A stretch of DNA of 60,599 nt, counting the filler. It is 9 parts of 9 records of this genome, joined end to end, with 100 filler letters (N's around TTAATTAATTAA, not from the genome) between each part and the next. Parts side by side here need not be neighbours in the genome. Positions count along the whole stretch, not along the records: positions 14,143 to 22,868 come from SRR31156797_32500; positions 22,969 to 29,388 come from SRR31156797_32507; 7 more parts are not named here. The stretch is one strand, 5' to 3'. The first letter of the stretch is position 1, and every line of letters begins with the position of its first letter. Both the position numbers and the translations under genes were made by a program. Below are positions 20,490-29,488 of this stretch, one piece after another. The notes beneath the pieces are model-generated. The model was given only the letters and a program-made list of their open reading frames with translations. It was not told the origin of the DNA and ran no database searches.

Positions 20490-21497
20490 ATGCGTGAACC
20501 GATAAAAACAGATTTGAAGCTAACCTGGCTTCCGACTCCTTTGGAGCGTCATGAAGCGTTGTCGGATCGATACGGCGTCGACTTTTATTTCAAAAGGGAC
20601 GACCTGACCGATCCGTTCGGCGGCGGGGCAAAGCTCAGAAGACTCGAATACATTATCGACGCTGCTTTGAAACAAGGCTGCACGGACATTATTTCCATCG
20701 GCCGTACCGGCTCCAACCAGTTTCGCTTATTGTCTTCCATTGGAAAAAAGCTTGGGCTGCAAGTTCATTTGCTGGCCTTTTCAGGAAGCGAAAATGAACC
20801 TGAAGGTGAAAGGTCCAACCTGTTTTTGAGCAAACTTCTAGGCTCTAATATCAGGTTTTTGACGGAAAAGGAATGGAAGCTTTATCCTTTGGCGGTTAAA
20901 AAACTGACCAGGAAGCTTGAAAAGGAAGACCGTCAGCCCTTATTTATTTCCCTGGGAGCGATCGAAAGCATCGGCGCCCTGGGAACGTTAAATCTCGCCA
21001 GGGAAATGGCCGGACAATTAACAAGAAAGCTGGACAAGGCATATATTGTAACGCCCGCCGGCACGGGAGCGACCCTGTTCGGACTGGACGCAGCTTTTCA
21101 GCTTCCCGAGTATTCAAGTGAGTCGCCGGCCGGCATCCTGGGGATGACGGTTCATGAACCGGAAAACAATCTTCGCGGCAAGATCGAAGCCTATTACCAG
21201 GATTTTAACCGGGATTTCCAAACCGAGCTTGTTCTTTCTGAAAAAGTGGAAATTCACGACGTCCGTTGCGACGGACCATATGACACGGCTTCTGAAGCGG
21301 ATATTGAGAATATAACCTCTTTGGCGAAACAATACGGGCTGGTTCTTGATTACCAATACCAACTAAGGCCTTTTTTGAAGTTGATCGAACTCCTTGATAG
21401 AAAAAGGTTTCCGGACGGATCGCAGGTAGTTTTCCTGGTGACCGGCGGCATGTTCAGCATCTTCGACCTGCAAAATAAAATACAGGCTGATAATTGA
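20490..21497 (+). CDS. Fold-type II PLP enzyme, D-cysteine desulfhydrase/ACC deaminase family, divergent
   Basis: PTPLE, FKRDDL, GGAKLRRLEY (PLP Lys kept), GSNQ, GTGAT, VTGG. Confidence 0.85.
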   Translation: MREPIKTDLKLTWLPTPLERHEALSDRYGVDFYFKRDDLTDPFGGGAKLRRLEYIIDAALKQGCTDIISIGRTGSNQFRLLSSIGKKLGLQVHLLAFSGSENEPEGERSNLFLSKLLGSNIRFLTEKEWKLYPLAVKKLTRKLEKEDRQPLFISLGAIESIGALGTLNLAREMAGQLTRKLDKAYIVTPAGTGATLFGLDAAFQLPEYSSESPAGILGMTVHEPENNLRGKIEAYYQDFNRDFQTELVLSEKVEIHDVRCDGPYDTASEADIENITSLAKQYGLVLDYQYQLRPFLKLIELLDRKRFPDGSQVVFLVTGGMFSIFDLQNKIQADN

Positions 21498-21504
21498 GCG
21501 GAAA

Positions 21505-22866
21505 ATGGCTGAAGACAAATTAACCAATTTCTATACCGGCTGGCGATATAACCCCGACCAGGAGCAGGTGGTAAAGCGCCTTGATTTTCTCCAGGAGAGC
21601 CACTATTGGCCCCGGGAGAAGCTTGATGATTACCAGTTCCAAAACACAAGGCGCTTAATTGAAATCGCGTACGGCCGAACCGAATACTATCGCGGCCTGT
21701 TCAGCGATCTCAAAATCACGCCGGAAGACATCAGGTCCTTTGACGACCTGTTGGGCATTCCTTTACTGGACAAGGAAACCATCAAGAACAATTATGACGC
21801 CTTTATTGTTGACGGGGTTAACAAGGACGATCTCCTGAAAATAACAAGCGGCGGCAGCACCGGCAATCCTCTGACCGTGTACCATGATGAAGCCTTCAAT
21901 ATCAGAAACAGGGCCAATACTTTCTATTATCTGTCCATCTTCGGGCATAATCCTTATGAATCCCGAAGCGTCCGCATGCACGGCGATCCTATTCCGCAGG
22001 AATGCATCAACGACGGATCCTACTCATTCAAGGTCGGCGACAACAAACTGATACTTTCATCCCAGCATATAGGCGAATCCACGGTCCGAAAATATGTGGA
22101 CTTGATCAGGGAATTCAAACCTCAATATATACATGCGTACCCTTCAGCTGTATATGCTCTCTGCTTACTCATGCAGGACGCCGGCCTGTACCTGGGCCTG
22201 GAGCTTGAATGCGTATACTGCGATTCAGAAATGTTATATCCCGGCCAGAAGTCTTTAATAGAAAATGTGTTGAATTGCGAAGTCCATCAGACCTACGGGC
22301 ATACCGAAAGTGCAACCCTGGCCGTTTCCATGCCCGGTTGCTCGTCTCTACACGTATTGCCCCAGGTCGGTTACACGGAAATAATCAAGGAAGACGGACA
22401 AAGGGCTTTTTTGCCCGGGGAAACAGGGGAGATAGTCGCGACCGGATTTCACAACGAAGTATTCCCCTTTATCCGTTATCGTACTTTTGATATCGCCACG
22501 ATTGCTATGCCTTGCCCTAGCTGCGCCTGTTCTTACCAGGTCCTGGAAAGTATACAGGGCCGCACCCAGGATTATGCCGTAGGCCGGGACGGAACCAGGG
22601 TGCCAGCGGCGCCCGGATTGTTTGATTACAATATCGATTGGTCCGGCGTGCGGCGTTTCCAGGTAGTTCAAAACAGGGCCGGGCATCTGGATGTATTTAT
22701 CCAGATGGAACAAAACGCCGATCTTTCTTTTGAAGAATTGTCGGCCAGGCTTTCCAGGCACCTGGATAATGTTTTTGGAGATCACTTCACTCTGAACATA
22801 AGCCTTACCGATGAAATAGACCGGACCGGGCGCGGCAAGTTCAGATACTTTATTCAGAATATATGA
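21505..22866 (+). CDS. Phenylacetate-CoA ligase/CapK-like adenylate-forming enzyme
   Basis: TSGGSTGNP, HAYPS, YGHTE, PFIRYRTFD, GRTQD, GRGKFRY. Confidence 0.88.
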   Translation: MAEDKLTNFYTGWRYNPDQEQVVKRLDFLQESHYWPREKLDDYQFQNTRRLIEIAYGRTEYYRGLFSDLKITPEDIRSFDDLLGIPLLDKETIKNNYDAFIVDGVNKDDLLKITSGGSTGNPLTVYHDEAFNIRNRANTFYYLSIFGHNPYESRSVRMHGDPIPQECINDGSYSFKVGDNKLILSSQHIGESTVRKYVDLIREFKPQYIHAYPSAVYALCLLMQDAGLYLGLELECVYCDSEMLYPGQKSLIENVLNCEVHQTYGHTESATLAVSMPGCSSLHVLPQVGYTEIIKEDGQRAFLPGETGEIVATGFHNEVFPFIRYRTFDIATIAMPCPSCACSYQVLESIQGRTQDYAVGRDGTRVPAAPGLFDYNIDWSGVRRFQVVQNRAGHLDVFIQMEQNADLSFEELSARLSRHLDNVFGDHFTLNISLTDEIDRTGRGKFRYFIQNI

Positions 22867-22868
22867 CA

Positions 22869-22968
22869 NNNNNNNNNNNNNNNNNNNNNNNNNNNNNNNN
22901 NNNNNNNNNNNNTTAATTAATTAANNNNNNNNNNNNNNNNNNNNNNNNNNNNNNNNNNNNNNNNNNNN
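22869..22968. other. Synthetic contig spacer
   Basis: 44N + TTAATTAATTAA + 44N. Confidence 0.99.
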
Positions 22969-22972
22969 TCGT

Positions 22973-22996
22973 GGAGTGCGGTCGTTTCCGCACTCC
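22973..22996. terminator. GC-rich hairpin downstream of the methyltransferase
   Basis: GGAGTGCGG-TCGTTT-CCGCACTCC perfect 9-bp stem; any U-tract would be cut by the contig edge. Confidence 0.45.
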
Positions 22997-23006
22997 CTGT
23001 CCGGGA

Positions 23007-23819
23007 CTACCGTTTCCTTGCAACAACAAACACCCGAAGACTGGTGTCAAGTACGGGGATGACGGATGCCGCCTCCTTTATCATGGGCGTTGCATGTTTT
23101 AGACCCATCTCTTGTATCAGCTCCTCCTTTGATTCAAGGATGCCGTGGTAGACGGCAAGCTGTCGCTCCTTCCATCCGGGTGTTTCCCGGTAAACCTCGA
23201 CCTCGAACCCCGAATTTTCCAGAAGCCCCTTGTGGTCCTTGGGCATGAACGGAATGTTGCCGTCCCAGGTTGTAAATACAAACCTGCCGCCGGGTTTCAA
23301 TATGCGGTGGATCTCTTGCAGGGCCCGGGTTTTGTCGGGGGCATGCCACAGGGCGTCTATGCTGACGGCGCCGTCACAGCAACGGTCAGCCAATCCGGTT
23401 TCATAGAAATTCCCGGATTTGAAACCGGCCCTGTTCTCAAGGCCGAAGTGCCGTATCCTTTTTTTTGCAGAAAGAAGGGCGGATGTTGAAATGTCGATGC
23501 CGATGATATCGGCGCCGGTGTTTCGGGCGATCCACATGCCCGGGCCGCCCCTGCCGCAGCCGAGATCAGCAAAGGTTTCTCCCTTGCCGATATTGAGATG
23601 GGCGGCCGTGTCCTTCAGGTCCGTGAGGGTGACAAAACTGAAAGCATCAACATCTTCCGGGAACTCATCTCCGAATGCGCCCTTTACGATTTTTTTGAAA
23701 CAGTCGCTTCTGTCGTGGCCCTGGTAGATGAGATCGTGGGCTTTCTCGGCGCTCCACCGGCCATAGGATTTGAGGCAGATGAGTGACATCATGGTGGACT
23801 TCAAGGCATGTTTGATCAT
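23007..23819 (-). CDS. Class I SAM-dependent methyltransferase
   Basis: ADLGCGRGG, GIDIS, RILKPGGRF. Confidence 0.9.
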   Translation of the reverse strand: MIKHALKSTMMSLICLKSYGRWSAEKAHDLIYQGHDRSDCFKKIVKGAFGDEFPEDVDAFSFVTLTDLKDTAAHLNIGKGETFADLGCGRGGPGMWIARNTGADIIGIDISTSALLSAKKRIRHFGLENRAGFKSGNFYETGLADRCCDGAVSIDALWHAPDKTRALQEIHRILKPGGRFVFTTWDGNIPFMPKDHKGLLENSGFEVEVYRETPGWKERQLAVYHGILESKEELIQEMGLKHATPMIKEAASVIPVLDTSLRVFVVARKR

Positions 23820-23823
23820 TTTT

Positions 23824-24423
23824 CTACTCCTTATATTGTTTGAATAATGAGGCGAGAAGTTTGTTCTCCTGTAGAAAATCCGTGATTTCTTTGTTGTAGG
23901 GCGGTTCCCCCTCCCCGTTGGCGGTTTTCATCTTGTTTAGGTTGGGATGTCCGGAAGGGTCCACGCCCTGGTAGTTTTTGTCCGCCACGGCTTCCTCCTC
24001 CATTGCCAGGATTTCATCCATGAGGGTTTCCAATTGTCCTGTGAACGGCTCCAGGTGGGGGGCAAGGGTTGCAAAGGTGTGCAGGGACCTGGTTATTTGC
24101 CGATGGAGGGTCTTTAGAGTCTTTAGTGTTTTGGCCCGCCGCTCCAGGGAATCCATGGCCATCTTTGCAAACAAGAGGGGGGCGGTTTCGACAATGCTTC
24201 CCTGGGTGGTGCCTGTCTCCTCCGCTGTTTTCTTGATCAGGACCTGGGAGAGGGGGGAGATGCTGTAGGACATCTTTTTCCTGGAACTGCCTTGTGCGCC
24301 GGAATCGGCCAGTACTCCGGCTAATTTGACAACCAGTTCGTTGATGTCATCCTGGGTCCAGGAGGAATTGGGTTCGCCGGTGAAGATATCATACTTGGAA
24401 ATGTCAAGTTTCTTGTCATTCAT
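23824..24423 (-). CDS. Hypothetical protein with a ribbon-helix-helix-like segment and a helical C-terminus
   Basis: RKKMSYSISPLSQVLIKKTAEETGTTQGSIVE beta-alpha-alpha pattern; 4 nt from the methyltransferase start. Confidence 0.65.
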   Translation of the reverse strand: MNDKKLDISKYDIFTGEPNSSWTQDDINELVVKLAGVLADSGAQGSSRKKMSYSISPLSQVLIKKTAEETGTTQGSIVETAPLLFAKMAMDSLERRAKTLKTLKTLHRQITRSLHTFATLAPHLEPFTGQLETLMDEILAMEEEAVADKNYQGVDPSGHPNLNKMKTANGEGEPPYNKEITDFLQENKLLASLFKQYKE

Positions 24424-24849
24424 GGTCTATTCCTGGGTTATGTGTTGTATGCTATCCTTAAATATGGTTATACCGGTGAGATCGTTTTGTCAATATTTTA
24501 AATTTGGTGGTATGGATTCTTTTGTATTGATTAGGGTTTCTGTCCGATTGTAAAGATTGTTTTAAGGAAGGATGGGTTTTACGGAGCCGGGGGGAAGTGT
24601 CAAAGGGGGCATTTGAAGCAACCGGCAAAAGCGGCCCGATTATTAAGCTTGTCTCGAATATCGCCGGGGAATTTCATATCCATCAAATTTTTCGTCATTT
24701 TTAGAAGGAATGCGAAATTTTTCCATTGAGATTGCGCGAAAGAAATGTTTATTGCGATTTCATACTTGCCGGAAATGACAGGCGAAAACGGGTGGGCGTT
24801 TTAAAAACGATAAGTTTAATGGCTTTTTATTTTAAAAATATAAATTATC

Positions 24850-24878
24850 TTGACATTAGATTTTTCCTACATTAAGTT
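24850..24878 (+). promoter_or_regulatory. Sigma70-type promoter of the ABC operon
   Basis: TTGACA-17 nt-TAAGTT with an AT-rich upstream tract. Confidence 0.6.
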
Positions 24879-24954
24879 TTTCTGCACCAGTCTTTAAAAG
24901 TAAGTATCCGGAAAATTGGTCTTTCTTCAATTTCAACCTAGGAAAGGAGAGGGT

Positions 24955-25776
24955 ATGTTTAAAATTAAAAAGGCGATTTCAAGCGTTATATTAATCTTTG
25001 CGACACTTTTTATCTGCGGTCTTGCGACCGCCGGCGATCTTCCCGTTTACAAGCTGGGCATCGATGCGGCATTCCCCCCGTGGACATGGGCGGAAAAGGG
25101 CGAAATCAAAGGGTTTGACTGGGAGCTGTTTCAATATATCGGCGAGGTCGAGGGCTTTAAAGTGGAGGCGGCTGATATTCCATGGTCCGCCATCATCACC
25201 GCCCTCTCCAAGGGCAAGATCGACATTCTCGCAGGGGGCCTTTCCTACACATGCAAACGAGATAAAGTCATCGACTTTGCTGCGCCCCATTGGAAAACGG
25301 ATTACTGGACCCTGGTTAAAGGCGATTCAAAACTCAATGGTGTGACAGCCATGAGCAATGGTGCAAGTGTCGGGGCCCAGGCCGGAACAACCGGATACAG
25401 ATGGCTCAAGGAAGAACTCAAGGACAATGGGGTAAAGATCAATATCCGGGGATATGAATCCGTTGAACTGGGTATCAAGGAGCTTGAAAACGGCAGGCTC
25501 GATTCCCTTCATGTTGATTCCCCCACGGCCAGGGGCTTTATCGAAGCCAACAGGGATGTGAAATATATCTGCAAGGGACTGCATTTTGATTACAGCGCCT
25601 ATGGTGTGACCCCCGGCGATCCCCACAACCTGATCGCAAAAATCAACTCCGGTATCAAAAAAGCCTACGAGTCCGGCAAGATAGAAGAACTGGTGCGAAA
25701 ATATCTGCCCTGGGCCTCCGTGGAAGCCATTCCCTATGCCGTGAATTACGCGAAACTGTGCAACGAATCCAAATAA
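24955..25776 (+). CDS. Polar amino acid ABC transporter substrate-binding protein
   Basis: AGGAGA RBS; signal peptide; GIDAAFPPW, GFDWEL, VGAQAGTTG, LENGRLD (SBP family 3). Confidence 0.92.
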   Translation: MFKIKKAISSVILIFATLFICGLATAGDLPVYKLGIDAAFPPWTWAEKGEIKGFDWELFQYIGEVEGFKVEAADIPWSAIITALSKGKIDILAGGLSYTCKRDKVIDFAAPHWKTDYWTLVKGDSKLNGVTAMSNGASVGAQAGTTGYRWLKEELKDNGVKINIRGYESVELGIKELENGRLDSLHVDSPTARGFIEANRDVKYICKGLHFDYSAYGVTPGDPHNLIAKINSGIKKAYESGKIEELVRKYLPWASVEAIPYAVNYAKLCNESK

Positions 25777-25858
25777 GTTGTGACACATTGCGATCCTGGT
25801 CCGGGTCACCCGATTCCGGACCGGGACGGAACCATTGCTTGGTACAGGAACAGGATTT

Positions 25859-26518
25859 ATGGAGATAATCAGGATACTTATTTCGGAACTTCCCCAATTC
25901 GCAAAGGGGACCCTGGTGGCATTGGAGGTTCTTGCGGGACTTTTGTTGCTCGGCCTTGTGCTGGGGCTTGGCATCGCGCTGGCTGAGATTTTCGGCAATA
26001 CCGTCGTAAAGCTGGTGGCGACCACCGTGCGAAAATTGCTATGGGCCATCCCCCAACTGGTTCTTCTGTTCCTTGTGTTCTATCTTCCCTTTGATCTGAA
26101 TCCTGTACTGGCCGCCATCATTGCGCTTGGGCTCTGTTCTTCAGCGTTTCAATCCCAGATATTTCGCGGGGCCATCCTTTCGGTGCAGTCCGGCCAGATC
26201 GAGGCGGCAAAGGCCATGGGGCTGGGCATGCCCAAAATTATTTTTTACATCATCATTCCCCAGATGATTCGTCTGTCCATCGGCCCATGGACAAATGAAT
26301 TTTCCTCGGAACTCAAGGACACCTCCCTTGCCTATGTGGTGGGGGTCGTGGAAATCATGCGCCAGGCCAAGTATATCATCGCGTATACCTTTGGCAATAC
26401 GGCTGCGGTCTACCTGTTCGTGGGAATTCTTTATTTTATTTTGACAAGAATGGGAACATTTTTCTTTTATAAGTTAGAAGAAAGGCTTTGGGTTCCTGGT
26501 TTTGAGAAAAGGAGCTGA
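25859..26518 (+). CDS. Amino acid ABC transporter permease
   Basis: FRGAILSVQSGQIEAAKAMG EAA motif; LKDTSLA. Confidence 0.92.
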   Translation: MEIIRILISELPQFAKGTLVALEVLAGLLLLGLVLGLGIALAEIFGNTVVKLVATTVRKLLWAIPQLVLLFLVFYLPFDLNPVLAAIIALGLCSSAFQSQIFRGAILSVQSGQIEAAKAMGLGMPKIIFYIIIPQMIRLSIGPWTNEFSSELKDTSLAYVVGVVEIMRQAKYIIAYTFGNTAAVYLFVGILYFILTRMGTFFFYKLEERLWVPGFEKRS

Positions 26519-26525
26519 TATCTTC

Positions 26526-27302
26526 ATGTCCACCATCCTCGAAGTTAAAGATCTTACCAAAAAATTTGGTGATATAGAGGTGCTCAAGGGCATCTCCTTT
26601 GAATTGAAAAAAGGAGAGACCTTAGCTGTGATCGGGTCGTCGGGTTCCGGGAAAAGCACCATGCTCCGGTGCCTGAATCAATTGTCGCCGCCGGACTCGG
26701 GCCAGGTCCTGCTGGAAGGTGTCAACATCAACACCCCGGATATCGACCTGAACAGTGTGCGGGCGGATATGGGATTCGTGTTCCAGAATTTCAACCTGTT
26801 TATCCACTTGAGCATCCTGGAGAATGTAATGTTCGGGCCCCTGCGGGTGCGGGGAATGTCAAAGAAAGAGGCCCGGGAAATCGCCATGGCTGAGATCGAA
26901 CGGGTGGGCATGTCGGATAAGGTCGATTTTTACCCGGCCCAGCTTTCCGGGGGACAGCAGCAGCGAATCTCCATTGCCAGGGCCCTTGCCTTGCGGCCCA
27001 AGCTGATCCTGTTTGACGAGCCCACCTCGGCCCTTGATCCGGAACTCACGGGAGAGGTCTTGAGCGTCATGACCGACCTTGCCAACGACGGCATGACCGC
27101 CATTGTGGTCACCCATGAGATGGGGTTTGCCCGGTCCGTCGCTGACAAGGCCATCTTCATCGACCAGGGCGTCATCGTGGAACAGGGGGAGCCCGGAAAA
27201 ATGTTCGCAGCCCCCCGACACGAAAGAACCCGGCATTTTCTGAGTAACTTCGTCGGCCTGGAACAGCCCGTCGACCATGAACCGGAGAGTGTAAGCAAAT
27301 GA
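26526..27302 (+). CDS. Amino acid ABC transporter ATP-binding protein (GlnQ-like)
   Basis: GSSGSGKST, LSGGQQQR, FDEPTSALDPE, VTHEMGFA. Confidence 0.96.
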   Translation: MSTILEVKDLTKKFGDIEVLKGISFELKKGETLAVIGSSGSGKSTMLRCLNQLSPPDSGQVLLEGVNINTPDIDLNSVRADMGFVFQNFNLFIHLSILENVMFGPLRVRGMSKKEAREIAMAEIERVGMSDKVDFYPAQLSGGQQQRISIARALALRPKLILFDEPTSALDPELTGEVLSVMTDLANDGMTAIVVTHEMGFARSVADKAIFIDQGVIVEQGEPGKMFAAPRHERTRHFLSNFVGLEQPVDHEPESVSK

Positions 27303-27970
27303 TCAGTTTCTTTCATTATGCCGTCGAGATATTACCGGATATGTTGTCGGGGGCCTGGATCACCATCCAGCTGTCCGTTGTCTGTATCACCGTGGGCATC
27401 ATTTTCGGTATGATACTGGGGGTTGCGAGGGTTTATTCCAGCAAATTCATTTACTGGATCGTAACAGGGTATGTTGAATTCCTGCGGGGAACCCCCTGCC
27501 TGCTCCAGCTGTTTTTCATCTATTACGGCCTGGGGGATATGGGGCTGCTGCTCAAGCCCGTACTTGCGGCCGGCATTGCCCTGGGGATCAACACCTCCGT
27601 GTACCAGGCCGAGTATTTCAGGGGGGCCATCCAGTCCATCAAGCCCGGCCAGATGACCGCTGCCAGGGCCATGGGGCTCAGCAAATGGAAGGCGATCCGG
27701 TATGTGATCCTGCCCCAGGCATTGCGGCTGGTGATTCCTTCCTCCTCCAACGAAATCATCTACATGTTCAAATATACGTCGGTGGCCTTTGCCGTGGGGG
27801 TACCGGAACTGCTGGCCCAGGCGGATATTACCGGGGCCATGAATTTCCGGTATTTTGAGTCGTACCTCCTTGCCGCGATCATTTACACCGTCATGGTGTT
27901 TATCGTGGCCAAAATCATGGGTATGATCGAAAAGAAGGTCTATATCCCGGGGTTGCAGCTCATGCAGTAA
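27299..27970 (+). CDS. Amino acid ABC transporter permease
   Basis: YVEFLRGTP, AEYFRGAIQSIKPGQ, ILPQALR. Confidence 0.93.
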   Translation: MISFFHYAVEILPDMLSGAWITIQLSVVCITVGIIFGMILGVARVYSSKFIYWIVTGYVEFLRGTPCLLQLFFIYYGLGDMGLLLKPVLAAGIALGINTSVYQAEYFRGAIQSIKPGQMTAARAMGLSKWKAIRYVILPQALRLVIPSSSNEIIYMFKYTSVAFAVGVPELLAQADITGAMNFRYFESYLLAAIIYTVMVFIVAKIMGMIEKKVYIPGLQLMQ

Positions 27971-28014
27971 TTATCTTTCAACGTCCTTGTTTTACACAGG
28001 CTCTGATACGACCC

Positions 28015-29115
28015 ATGACCCATTCAACCGCCAATTTGAGGGTTTCTCCCAGAATAGAGATCGACCTTGGAAAAATATACAGAAACACAAAGCGTTTAAA
28101 CCGCATGTTTCTGGCCAGGGGCATCTCCATGATGGGGGTGACCAAGGGGGTGCTCGGCAGCCCCCCTGTCGCCGCCGCCATGACCGCTGCCGGGGCCGGG
28201 TTCCTTGCGGACTCACGGATCGAGAATATCAAGCGGATCAGGAACGCCGGAATTGAAAACACCTTCGTCCTGATCCGGACGCCCGCCATGGGCAAGGCCG
28301 GACAGGTGGTGGAACATGCCCATATCAGCCTCAACTCGGAACTGGATGTGATCCGGGAGCTTGACAGGGAAGCCAGGATCCGGAACAAGGTCCACGGTAT
28401 TCTGCTCATGGTGGACCTGGGGGATCTGCGGGAGGGAATCCTGCCGGAAGACATGGAAAAGACCCTGGCCGCCGTCACGGACCTCAAGGGGATCCGGGTC
28501 ATGGGCATCGGCACCAATCTGGGCTGCATCGGGGCCGTAACCCCGGGCCAGGACAAAATGGATGAACTCTCACGGCTCGCCGAACAACTGGAGAACCGGT
28601 TCAAGATCCGTTTTGAGCTTGTCTCCGGCGGCAATTCCGCCAATTACCAATGGGTCGGCCGGTCCCGCCGGCTGGGCAGGATCAATAATCTGAGAATCGG
28701 TGAAATGATCTTTACCGGGTGCAATACCATTGACTATGCCCCGGTGGAGGCCCTTGAAACAAACGTAAGCCGCCTTGTCGCCGAAGTGATCGAGGTCAAA
28801 CGGAAGGATTCCCTGCCCCGTGGCGTTGTGGGCACGGACGCGTTCGGACAGGTGCCCGTTTTTTCCGACCGGGGCACCATCAAACGGGCCATCCTGGAGA
28901 TCGGCCGCCAGGATGTTCCGCCCCAGGGGCTGCGCCCTGTCGATGATATGGAGATCATTGGCGCCAGCAGTGATCATGTTGTGCTTGACTCAAAGGAGAA
29001 CAGGGTTAAAATAGGCGATCAGATCGGGTTCCACCTGACCTACGGGGCTCAGCTGTCGGCAATGACATCGCCGTACATTGAAAAAGTCTACCTCAATAAA
29101 GGTGAATACCTCTAG
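28015..29115 (+). CDS. Alanine/ornithine racemase family PLP enzyme (Orr-like)
   Basis: PRIEIDL, GVTK (PLP Lys), ADSRIEN, MVDLGDLREG, GTNLGC, SGGNS, GASSDH. Confidence 0.88.
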   Translation: MTHSTANLRVSPRIEIDLGKIYRNTKRLNRMFLARGISMMGVTKGVLGSPPVAAAMTAAGAGFLADSRIENIKRIRNAGIENTFVLIRTPAMGKAGQVVEHAHISLNSELDVIRELDREARIRNKVHGILLMVDLGDLREGILPEDMEKTLAAVTDLKGIRVMGIGTNLGCIGAVTPGQDKMDELSRLAEQLENRFKIRFELVSGGNSANYQWVGRSRRLGRINNLRIGEMIFTGCNTIDYAPVEALETNVSRLVAEVIEVKRKDSLPRGVVGTDAFGQVPVFSDRGTIKRAILEIGRQDVPPQGLRPVDDMEIIGASSDHVVLDSKENRVKIGDQIGFHLTYGAQLSAMTSPYIEKVYLNKGEYL

Positions 29116-29159
29116 CATGGGCAGGTTTTAATTTATAAATCATACGGACGGGATAAAAA

Positions 29160-29388
29160 ATGGATTATTTTGAGATTGAAAGTAAACTGGGAGCGAACAA
29201 CTACAAACCCCTGGATGTTGTCTTGAGCCGGGGAGAAGGGGTGTGGGTCTGGGATGTTGACGGGAATCGCTACATGGACTGCCTGTCCGCATACTCCGCC
29301 GTGAACCAGGGCCATTGCCATCCTAAGATCGTTGCGGCCCTGACCGAACAGGCGGGCAAACTGTCCCTCACATCCCGGGCCTTCAGGA
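29160..29388 (+). CDS. rocD: Ornithine-oxo-acid aminotransferase, 3'-truncated
   Basis: [32 protein letters not shown]. Confidence 0.92.
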
Positions 29389-29488
29389 NNNNNNNNNNNN
29401 NNNNNNNNNNNNNNNNNNNNNNNNNNNNNNNNTTAATTAATTAANNNNNNNNNNNNNNNNNNNNNNNNNNNNNNNNNNNNNNNNNNNN
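29389..29488. other. Synthetic contig spacer
   Basis: 44N + TTAATTAATTAA + 44N. Confidence 0.99.

Noticed and set aside
14143-22866. NRPS/PKS assembly line
   Set aside because: ACP and adenylating enzymes are present, but there are no condensation, ketosynthase or thioesterase domains
7648-22866. RND pump as the exporter for the biosynthetic cluster
   Set aside because: The two lie on different contigs separated by a synthetic spacer; no evidence of linkage
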